A stretch of DNA of 64,000 bases from Ptychodera flava (lineage: Eukaryota): the NCBI RefSeq assembly GCF_041260155.1, contig NC_091939.1, forward strand, positions 23,771,744 through 23,835,743, given 5' to 3'. Below the pieces are notes generated by a model, which ran no database searches, had not been told where the DNA came from, and was given only the letters and a program-made list of their open reading frames with translations. Below, piece after piece: positions 38,253 through 48,397 of this stretch. Numbering within the stretch: position 1 is the stretch's first letter; every line of letters begins with the position of its first letter. A program made the translations under genes and the position numbers.

Positions 38253-38496
38253 ACATGAGGCTGAACGTCTTGAGCAAGAAGCCAAAGGTCGTCTTGAGCG
38301 CCAGAAAATCCTGGACGAGGCTGAAGCCGAGAGAGCCAGAAAGGAACTGCTTGAATTGCAGGCAAACAGTGCTGCTGTGGAGAGTACCGGTCAGGCCAAG
38401 GCTGAGGCCCAGAGTCGTGCCGAGGCGGCCAGAATCGAGGGTGAGGCAGCCGTCCAACAGGCCAAGCTGAAAGCAGAAGCTGCTAGAATTGAAGCA
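38253..38496 (+). CDS. MVP: MVP coding exon 11 ([82 protein letters not shown])
   Basis: The acceptor is gtaccaccacag| and the donor GTAAGT is at 38497. The translation matches human [80 protein letters not shown]. Confidence 0.92.
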
Positions 38497-38813
38497 GTAA
38501 GTAGTCTTATATCCTTATATGGTCATCTTTGGTTTTCTGTATTTTTCTGATCTGGATGAAACAGTAACTATGGATACCACTCTCTTGTTGTAGTAGATTG
38601 ACTTGGAGTAAACTTTGAATTCTGATTTGGAAAATAAATGAACAGGTGAATATCGTGGGTGATTTCTAGTTTTAAAATGCAAAATTAAAGAAAATATGAC
38701 TTAAGTATTAGGTACTTCCCATTTGACAAACCTGTTTTCCAAAATATTTGTTTCTCATTTCATGCGACTGTTTCTCCCCTGAAATAATTTAAATCATCTT
38801 TTTTCTCCGCAAG

Positions 38814-39002
38814 GAATCAGAATTGGAGAGGCTTTCCCGTGCTCGTGAGAGCGAGACTAAGTACTTGAGCGAGCAGAACACTCTTGAAATTACCAAGGTC
38901 AAGGAAATGGCTGATATTGAAGTGGAGAAATTCAGGAACATGGTCAGCGCCATCGGAGCTGACACAATCAGAGCTATTGCAGTCTCTGGACCCGAGATGC
39001 AG
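38814..39002 (+). CDS. MVP: MVP coding exon 12 (ESELERLSRARESETKYLSEQNTLEITKVKEMADIEVEKFRNMVSAIGADTIRAIAVSGPEMQ)
   Basis: The acceptor is ttttctccgcaag| and the donor GTATGT is at 39003. The translation matches human ...[31 protein letters not shown]. Confidence 0.88.
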
Positions 39003-39621
39003 GTATGTGATTCTGTTTCATGTTATCTTCTGTCAAATTTTCATATTATTCATCTGAATCTCGATAATTCACAACACCACCCAATTCTGTGATAACTATA
39101 ATGATCACCATAGAGAATCATAAAAGCAGTGGCGAGTTCAGTATGAATTGTTCTTCGTCTGCCGTTAGATTTCTCGTACGGTTTTGTTGGTATTTATCTC
39201 TGTTCGCCAAGTATGAAAATGTACAGACTGGTTTCGCATGAGAAGGATATCATATTATGGGACGAGAAACAAAAAGAATTCATACACACAGGAGTCAAGT
39301 CAATGGAGATTCTTAGCATGGGCTTGACTGTTGAAGTTGTTCATTCACAATTCTAGCATAATGCATTGACACATTCCTAGTTAGGTAACTCATTTTATTT
39401 CGTAGAAACAGTAAGATTAATGGAAAGACACAGAAACAATTGGACTCTTCAGGGGATTAATAATTCCAACAGATTGAAAGAAGTATTTTGATCAGAGATG
39501 AAGATGTAATCAGCAGAAAAATGTGAGAGAATATTTTACTGGTTACCACCACTCATTCCAATCAGTACGTACTACATATGTGGCGTGATTTACTCAATTT
39601 GTTGCGCACGTTTCCCTACAG

Positions 39622-39777
39622 GTGAAACTGCTGCAGTCTCTGGGATTGAAGACGACCCTCATCACGGATGGCAGCAGCCCCATTAACCTGTTCAACACGG
39701 CCCATGGTCTGATAGGAGCCAATGCTTTGCAAGCCCCTGGCAAACCTCACTCCACCGCTGACAGCGATGATGACTGA
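39622..39777 (+). CDS. MVP: MVP terminal coding exon 13 ([51 protein letters not shown], stop TGA 39775-39777)
   Basis: The acceptor is tttccctacag|. The translation matches human [32 protein letters not shown]. The summed CDS is 2589 nt, giving 863 aa. Confidence 0.9.
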   Translation: MKLLQSLGLKTTLITDGSSPINLFNTAHGLIGANALQAPGKPHSTADSDDD

Positions 39778-40069
39778 AAAATTCACGGTGCAAGCATGCA
39801 TCAGAAAAAAAAAATCTGCTTGGAATTTCACAAGCTCACTTTGATGTGTGCCTTCATTCATGCAAATTATGTATCACTTTTTGTCCTATTCTGTTTTGTT
39901 AAGGTGCACATAGCTGTAAATAGCCTCGTAAAAAGTATATATTTTGGTAGTTTTACATATCAAGGACATCACAATCAAAAGGTGTTGTCTAAACTTGAAA
40001 ACTCTGCAATATTTGGTGCACTTACTGAGTATATGTAATGTATATGATGAGTATATTTAGATTTCTGTA

Positions 40070-40075
40070 ATTAAA
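40070..40075 (+). other. MVP: Candidate polyadenylation signal ATTAAA for MVP, about 300 nt after the stop
   Basis: The variant hexamer ATTAAA sits in the AT-rich 3' flank (ctgtaATTAAAcatc). No canonical AATAAA lies closer to the stop. This is weak evidence. Confidence 0.25.
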
Positions 40076-42049
40076 CATCAAATCTCTACAAATTTGCAAT
40101 TTGAAAGACTTTAATCAAGTTTTTTGACGATTTCTCTTCATTCTATACCATAGTGCTTTGCCTGATATGCATATTTATATTAGGTTTTCTTGCAGTTGGT
40201 ATAATTGTGTGGCATATGTATTAATTATTTTGTATCACTCATATAATCACATTACCTATAGAACGTAATGTACCACACAAAACTTATGATTTGTAAGTTC
40301 TTTGTAGAAATATATTTCAAACATAATGAAATTTGAAAGGTTCTGTTCAGAGTTGTGTGATGTGTGCAGAAGTGTGTATTGAAGGAAATGTTGCAAACTA
40401 ACCTGGAATGGTGGCTAGCTTGACAAATGTCATTTTTTCAAAGACTGCAATTGTGTCTGTCGCCATAGAAACTGCTTAATCTTCCATGCCCTCACCAGTG
40501 TGATAGAAGCTCATTATCATCATTGCATCAGAACATCAAAATGTGCTCTTATGTGTGAATTTAAAGCTCTAAAACCCCACACACTATGTTTTTGCATTTG
40601 AGGTCAGGGAACAAAATGAAGTTGAATATATCGTGTGATTGACAATTGAATCTTCAGATGACGTTGCTTTCAGCCTTTGATGCAAACCACTCGGACATCA
40701 TAGCAAACTGTTATCCAGGGTATTCTAACAATTTCACAAATGCAAGAATTGAGAAAACTGTTCAACTAGAATTGTCTTTTTCTGAAGGAAAAAAATTGAT
40801 TACTCTTGATATTGATAAATTTGTTTTAACTAGGTGTTGCCATGGTATTTGACGTAATAATCTTAGTTTATCGAAGATGTTCCTCCCATATGTAAACCTA
40901 AATGAATTGTTAGGTGTTTATCTACGCGGTTACATGCCCCTTTACTTGTGAGTAATGGTATCTTTTTTGTTTCACTTAGAAAAATGTAGTTATGTTTACT
41001 TAGTTTTTTTATAGGCTGGACCTCATGACTAGAATGACATGTGGCAGCCGACCCATCTCCAGCATTTACATTCATCATTTTAGCAAACAACAGAAAGGTG
41101 ACTTTCCTCCTTTTCTTGTTGTACTTGATATTTTTCATCATGCACTTCTGCAGAGGATAAAAAAGAGTAGTCAGTTTTCGCCCCATCTTTGTAAACTTTC
41201 AGTATTGTATACCCGTGGTGTTCTGCTAGGCTAATTTACATATGAATGTGTGTGTCAATCGTGGCTAACCAATCACCGCTAGAAATTTTGCATAGAATAT
41301 TAGTATGCATTGAACTCACTGAATATGCAGATTTCGCAACAAGAAAACAGATAAATTCTGATTCAATCGAGATTTTGTGAAATTGTGATTTCATTCTTCA
41401 CCTGCGAACACGGAAAACATATATAGTTTGCACCAATCATTGCTTCTGTGGTACTTGCGCATATCTGTGCTTTCGTATAATCACCTTGTCACTGATTTTA
41501 ACTCTCACAAAAATTTGGCCTTTATTGGCAGAATTTTACGAGGATAACAGGTTCAAGTGAATGAATGTAAACACTTCCCAGTAATTTGAAAACAGGTCTT
41601 AATTCACATATCCAAGTTTCATAGTATAGTATTAGTAATTGTTATCAATTAAAAAGTCGAAGTTAAGTGCCCCCCCCCCCAATCTTCTTTTTTAAAAACC
41701 AGTATGTTTAAAAGGAGATATGCTCGTAGGTTTGGAATTTCTTACTGAGATTCTATCAACAACTAACTTTGATTACCAATTTTGATAAATTTTCATGGAC
41801 CGTAGATCTCTGTCCAAAATAATGTCAAACATGTACCGACTATTAACAGCTTTGTTTGATATAATTGTTATAAAAAATTGTATATTTAAGAATTGGCAAT
41901 GTACAAATAAAAGGTGTCTCTTGTTTGTTTGGGTTGGATAGTTTGTTTTGATATGTAAATCCTTTGTGTACTTATATATTATGGAACTTTTAGGTTTCAT
42001 AGGTGAATAAAATGTTATGAAAACAAATATATATTAATCTTTTGATATT

Positions 42050-42185
42050 TTAAGGTAGTGCACGCCTGAAAACTGAAAGCATTAAACTTTTGCTCAAACT
42101 TTCCTCAGGTAAACTTTTACCCATTCTCTTTCAAAATCGATAATAAAAATTGGTGGTTACCGTGCAAATCCTGGTATTAGCAATC
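42050..42185 (-). repeat. Repeat family A, 3'-terminal fragment in reverse orientation
   Basis: TTAAGGTAGTGCACGCCTGAAAACTGAAAGCattaaacttttgctcaaactttcctca is the reverse complement of the family 3' end. Confidence 0.55.
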
Positions 42186-42339
42186 AAATTACATAGCATA
42201 ACATAACATTTACCCAAAGTTGAAATCAATCCTATAGGGCTATATGTCAGTCTTATTTTGTGATCAGAACTGGTAAATTCGCACAATTAACCCGATATAT
42301 ATTGACCCGAAATTCTTCATTTATATTTCATGTTTGGCA

Positions 42340-42480
42340 TACCTTTGAATCAGTGCAGAAAGTGATACCACGTACAGCTGTAACCGCTGTGGAAATATCG
42401 CCAAGTAAACTTGTCACAATGCATTGTTGGGGTGCAAGATATCGAAACACTTGAAAAACTATAACATAATACAACATACG
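42340..42480 (-). repeat. Repeat family B fragment, reverse orientation
   Basis: It is the reverse complement of 46100-46245 (atgttgtattatgttatagtttttcaagtgtttt.gatatcttg.ccccaacaatgcattgtgacaagtttacttggcga.atttccacagcggttacag.tgtacgtggtatcac). Confidence 0.6.
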
Positions 42481-43657
42481 CTTACTACTGTGTGGGTTCT
42501 TGTACTCGGAGAGTTTATGATCGCCGCTTATTTTGAATGTTGGAAATCTCCTATTTAAAGGAAAACATAAGGAGACTAGACTAATATGAGTAGTAAGAAG
42601 GTGCTTTCTTTCAAAGATATTAGGATAGTGATTCAAAATTTCGTTACATTGCAGAATTTTGAAGAACTTTTCAAAACCGGTTGATATAAATACTTCGAAA
42701 TTTGCTTCCAGATCGAAGTCTTCCTTCGGGAATAGTATACAATAAGATATCGTATGGTGATGGCTAAATCAAACTCAATTAAAACTTTAACAACGATATG
42801 ATGCCAAGGATTTTTTTAACAAGTGACCAGAACTGCTGTGACTGATACTCCAAAACAACGCAAAGTCTTCTGAATGAAATTCCATACTGAACAATAACAT
42901 AAACGAGGAAACAAATTCTCTTCTATAAAAGTGAAAACGACAACAATAAAAGACATCGGACATTATTATCGAAACAACTGCACTGGCGTTGGTATAACTT
43001 GAAGCATTGTTGAATGAGAAGCGACACAAAGGAAAATGAATATTTTCAAATCAATTAAAAATATAAAACAACGAAAGGACGCATATCACATTTATGGGGA
43101 AAATTTAAAGAACGGATGGGTAAGTTTTCTTCATTTTCTCATCGAACAACTTTGATAGCTCATCAAGACCACAAAACCACACGTTTATAGCACACTTTGG
43201 CATTTTCTTTAAAGACACCCTCCTGTATTGAAACACTGTTCAGTGCCTTATCGCCCGGCAGCCGAAAGGGCGCCACCAACGCCAGCAGTTACGCGTCAAT
43301 ATTTTGAAAATTATCACCAATTTTCACCAATTTCTCGTCACAAGACAAACAGAGATCATTCCAAAGTCATCAGGGTTGTAAATTAAATTAGGTTGAAGGC
43401 ATTTGTGGATGGTGTATCTGCTTTTATACGGGCTTTTAATTTAGTGCAAGGAGAATAAAACCTGTATCCAAGCCTATTTTTCTCAGTGCACGAGTAAAAT
43501 AAGGTGACAACCATTTTGGATACACTGTTTCATTTCATTCTATTGGTTGCGTCATTGTTGATTCGGCGCTGATTCGGCGTTGATTCGGAGATTGATATTT
43601 TTTTTGGGGGGGGGGTCGGTAACGTATGCGTGATTTCATAACAATGTTATTACTGAT

Positions 43658-44393
43658 CAGGGCTCGAAATTAGCGGTAGTCCCGCGTCCACAGACTACCA
43701 ACTTTTCTATGGGGCTACCAAAGTCTATGAAATGGTAGCCCACATGGACTACCAAAGGGTGGGACAGTACTTGGCGTGCCATGTCCTGTCTTTGACTTTT
43801 TGACGAGCTAAATGCAGTCAAATCCAGCTAGACACAGTAAGGCCAGACTGTGACTTTGTTTTGCAAATTACAAAGACGACCTTGCGACGGAACTTTGCAA
43901 CAAAGTTTCAATATCTCAACTGATGTACTTGGATGACAGGAACTGAAAATGTTGGGCAATGAAAACGTATTCTCACTGCATTTTGATCAAAATGTATCAA
44001 TCACAAACTCCTCCCTACTACAGAAAGCCCATTGTCTGTTTTTAGCCCTGCTGAGAAGGTGTTGGTCATTACCATGATGACTATCAAAATTGGCATGCAA
44101 CTCTTAGAATGAAACGGGTTGTCAGTACAATGATAGGTCAACAAACGTTTTAGTGTCACTGTCATCAATTATACCAGTTTCCTTAGGGTTATAAAGGTGT
44201 GAAAGTATTCACATCAAATAACTAACAAATTCACTGCAGGGCATAATCTTGAAAAATACCTTTCTCTTCTCCTGTTCAAAACATCCCTAAACTAAAATAT
44301 GCATGGACTACCAACCATTGTCACTGGGCTACCAACTTCAGAAAATGGTAGCCCAAGTGGACTACCAGGGAAAAAAGTTAATTTCGAGCCCTG
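43658..44393. mobile_element. MITE-like DNA transposon (736 bp) with 15-bp TIR CAGGGCTCGAAATTA and 5-bp TSD CTGAT
   Basis: The left terminus cagggctcgaaattagcggtagtcc and the right terminus ggactacc...taatttcgagccctg are inverted. CTGAT lies at 43653-43657 and 44394-44398. Internal subrepeats (ggtagccca..tggactaccaa) occur near both ends. There is no ORF. Confidence 0.6.
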
Positions 44394-45056
44394 CTGATTG
44401 TTGGTATGCAGATACAGAATGAGGCTCGGTTGGATTTTCGCACTTCTAAACTTTCGTTTACAGGAGGGGGTTTGAGGCCAAACGCATAAAGTTTCGTGTA
44501 CCATGCGCATATTTTAATTATCCATGGCCCCTAACAACTATCCACTTTCTGGTATTTTCTCAAATGCAAAGGTAAACTAATAAAAGAATTGGCTCCTCTG
44601 ACCTGAAACGCCCGTATTACTTGTAATCCCATGCTTGTTTCATAGCAGTACGTTGAATTAGACTTAAAAGTTACAAACCGAAAGTTTCATTGAGTCGCAA
44701 ACTATAGGCCGATGAAAATTTTCGAAGTTAAACTACAAACGGGTACTTTAAACTAGTTTCAGTGTCACGCCACAAACTCGATCTCTTGTCAGGTACCTCC
44801 ACGGTGAACAAACTCTGCGCTTTATCTTTATGTAAGTACGTAAATCCATATATTTACTAGTAGCCAGCTGGCAATTATGTTTTGTACTGGTTATGTTAGG
44901 TGGGAGCAAATTCAAAGAACAGTATGCTTGGAATTTAACAAGTGTACATTATAGTGGCAAAGGAGACAAATATACGCACCTGGACTTACTGGAAAAATCA
45001 ACGAAAAACGACGGGCGCGCGGGTGAATATAATTTAGCCACCTTTTTGCTAGTTGT

Positions 45057-45197
45057 GGGTCCATAGCCATGGTGTTTTCTGACGGGATTCGTTCCTGCAT
45101 CTTACGGGCTGGTTTTGACTTTTACGATTTTTAAAAGTCAAAACCAGCATGTGAAAGGCAGGAATCCCGTCTGAAAACACCACAGCTATGGACCCAA
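45057..45197. repeat. Isolated near-perfect palindrome (about 65-bp arms) able to form a hairpin
   Basis: tgggtccatagccatggtgttttctgacgggattcgttcctgc...ctggttttgactttt pairs with aaaagtcaaaaccag...gcaggaatcccgtctgaaaacaccacagctatggaccca. Confidence 0.7.
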
Positions 45198-46099
45198 AGC
45201 TACCTATTTGCACTTCATGCTGGCTAAAAGTTGGGTCGTTGGAATTTATGCTAAAGAATCGCAGCTGATTCCTCGGACAGTCCCCAGGCTTCGTGCAATC
45301 ACAGACAGTAATTTATAGTAGGACCCATATTGCAGTACAGGAAATTTTTTTCCCGCGGCTGATCGTTATGTGAGGGCACCGCTAGTGTCAGCTATTAGAA
45401 TTTCAATAAGTTCATACCTGTAGAGGGCGTTGAGCAGAGATGTTGTGCTCCCATAGACCCTCGAATAAAACGAGGGTCTATGGTGCTCCTAAAAGTATGT
45501 CTTTTTTTTAACAACAAGGTGATAATAACGTAATGTCAATAGTGCAGTTTAATCGTCCGAATAACTTCAAGGCAAATCTTTTACCACCAATTAACTATAA
45601 ATTTAAAATCATGACGCAACTGAATTTAAAGGGTCTCGGTGGTAATAGATGCGCCTGGAACTCATTTTGACAGCTAAACTGCATTAACACCATGTTATTG
45701 TGACTTTGTTATTGAAAGCATCATTCTTTGTAGTTTTTTCGTTTGCTTTACTTATTTACAGTTATATAGACATTACGCGTCATGTTGATGGTAAACATCA
45801 ACTATCAAAGTCACTTTTTTGTGAATAAACTTTACTTTCCTCAAAAAAAATTCAGCAAAGCCCGGTACACCTGATACTAAACCAAGGCTACGTGTTGCCT
45901 CAGCCCAGCATTAACACTCATCCGATGTCGTATCTCTACTAGGTCAAGGGTTATTTAACTTGCTGAAGGATCACGATCGCATGTAATACTTTGGGGAACC
46001 AAACCTTGAACAGGTTTAGTAAAGCCCTTCTTATTCAGCCGACGAGAAATTTCATGTGCATTTTCAGTGACGATAACTAAAAGCCTGTTTGTTATAGGT

Positions 46100-46460
46100 G
46101 TTTTAAGACACACACAAAGCTCATGTTGTATTATGTTATAGTTTTTCAAGTGTTTTGATATCTTGACCCCAACAATGCATTGTGACAAGTTTACTTGGCG
46201 ACATTTCCACAGCGGTTACAGTTGTACGTGGTATCACTTTCTTTCAAAAAATATTTTAAGCATCAGCTTACCTAGCAATATCCTTGGTTGCACTTGATTT
46301 TTTTTTTGTCGATGAGCTGTTCAAGTTTCTACGCGGTTGGAATGTTGGAAAATTTGTTTGTTGAGAGGCTCGTCAATCATACCGGACGCACATCACGGCG
46401 TTCTGGTCACCTGCCATTGTTGCAAAGCTGCAGACGACACTATGGTCACGTGACCGGGTA
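46100..46460 (+). repeat. Repeat family B unit, copy 1
   Basis: It is about 80 percent identical to 46715-46975 (ttctttcaaaaaatatt, tcgatgagctgttcaag, ttggaatgttggaaaat, gccattgttgcaaa.ctgcagacgacacta). Its 5' part is also present in reverse orientation at 42340-42480. Confidence 0.6.
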
Positions 46461-46714
46461 TTTTCCCAAATTTGGTCAAAACTATTTGCTTTTTAAGGGA
46501 ATGGCTTTTCAAAAACTACCCTCTGACATCAATTTTGTCGATTTAGTGCGGACTAGTAAACACCTATTACCTGGTCAGGACGGCTATAGCGCCCGTCTAT
46601 TACCCTGAGGGACCGTGTGTTACCAGAAACACATCGCTATTCCCGAGGCCGTAGGCCGAGGGGCATAGAAATGTGTTTCTGGTATATTGCAAAGCAACAG
46701 TCCATTGATACAAG

Positions 46715-46975
46715 TTTAGGCCTACTTGTTGATATTTCTACGGCGGTTACATGGTACCACTTTCTTTCAAAAAATATTCTACGCATACCTAGCTACATCC
46801 TTGGTTGTACTTCAGTCTTTTTCGTCGATGAGCTGTTCAAGCTCCTTCGCTGTTGGAATGTTGGAAAATGTTGAAAAATATGTTTTAGAGAGAGGCTCGT
46901 CGCTCATCCCGGGACGCACACAACGTTCTAGTCACCCGCCATTGTTGCAAAACTGCAGACGACACTACGGTTTTG
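46715..46975 (+). repeat. Repeat family B unit, copy 2 (local duplication about 600 bp downstream of copy 1)
   Basis: See copy 1. Between the two copies there is a short hairpin taccagaaacacat..atgtgtttctggta (46622-46690). Confidence 0.6.
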
Positions 46976-48397
46976 TGTGTAAAAATAAACCAAAACTGCG
47001 TCCTCGTACCAACAAATTTTACAGTATGTCTCCGACTCGTTCATGCCATATGTTATTGTGTTTACTCCCAAACACAATTTGCCGACAGTAACGTTTTATC
47101 CTAAACGTTTCATTCATCAAATTATATAAAGTATTATTTTTTATATTTTGCTCGCGTCTAGATCTGCAGACGTCAACATTTCACACTTTTGAAATTTCGT
47201 TCAGAGGGAGGGGGAGTGGTTTTGATCTAAACCACGGTCCCTCTATCACGAGGGACCGTGTCTAAACGAAGGAACTTCGTTTCTTGGACTTATGCGACAA
47301 TCTGAGAGGTCCCTGTGTAAAGGGCTTGGATGTGATACATTGCAAGGCAAATTATTCAGTTTTGTTCGTGAATATCTCTTCATACTCGTCATCCAGTAGA
47401 GGCCGAGGCTTGGCAAGGTGGGCGTTGTATGGTATCCCGTAACTAATTGATTTGAGATGTGGTCTCTGTCCGAATAAACACCCTTGGCCAGCGAACATGA
47501 ACACCACCACCACAGTGCGAAGTAAACGCAGGTCGTTGACCACTCAGTGTCAGGGCCATGCACTGAGGATGTTACGGCCTGATACCAAGAAATTGACCTT
47601 GACTTTTAGAGATACGACGGAAGAGAAATTTAAAGTCATCATTTACAGGAACAAAGTCGTTCGTTACGGACTCTCAATTCTTTTTTCCAGTTTGACTCAT
47701 TGCAATTACGGTGAGTTATTTTCTTTTACACCTTGAAAATCAGACAAATCATTCCAAGCCTATAATTCGACAATTTCGAACCAATCCTGACGGATTATAA
47801 ATAAATATCCCACAGACCTGCAACCTTCAAAGGATATGATTATTGGACGCGTTTTTACGCGTCTTTACCCAGACGGAAGTACGATCTAACACAATCTTGA
47901 ATTGCCCATGTTGCCTGCTCAGAGCAAAATCACTTCCATGAGAACGGAAGCCGTAAAAATGGTGCAAGCTTTTTCACGTTTTCCTTTCATGCAATCAACA
48001 AGAATATAAGTCAAAGAAATTAAGTTCAAAATGTAAGCTTATTTTGATCGAGTTGACATAGCATAGACACGAGATTGAAAGCTTTCCGCGAAAGCAAGAG
48101 TCTACCCGGAGAGTCTACCGATTGAAAACTAGCCGTAAATTCAAATACGCTGTCCTATGACCTATTACCTTAAGGTCAACCACGCTCACTGTCAATTGTC
48201 TTATCAGGTCGCTTTCCACGAAGACTCGGCGCAGACAACCGATTACTGGGAAAGCCGGACGCTGGCGGTGCAAACAGAAAGAAGGCTCGCGCGATCGCGT
48301 TACCGGTTCCTTCAGAGAGAAGTCGTGGTCTAGCTAGAATCCTCAAATCACGGACGTTTCTTTGCACAGCGGCAGACGCACACCGTCCGAGATCAAG

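Noticed and set aside
38117-38550. ORFs 38117-38365 (-), 38233-38457 (-), 38255-38470 (+) and 38356-38550 (+) around MVP exon 11
   Set aside because: The low-complexity Ala/Glu/Arg-rich coiled-coil coding sequence is open in several frames. Only the frame spliced to exons 10 and 12 matches MVP.
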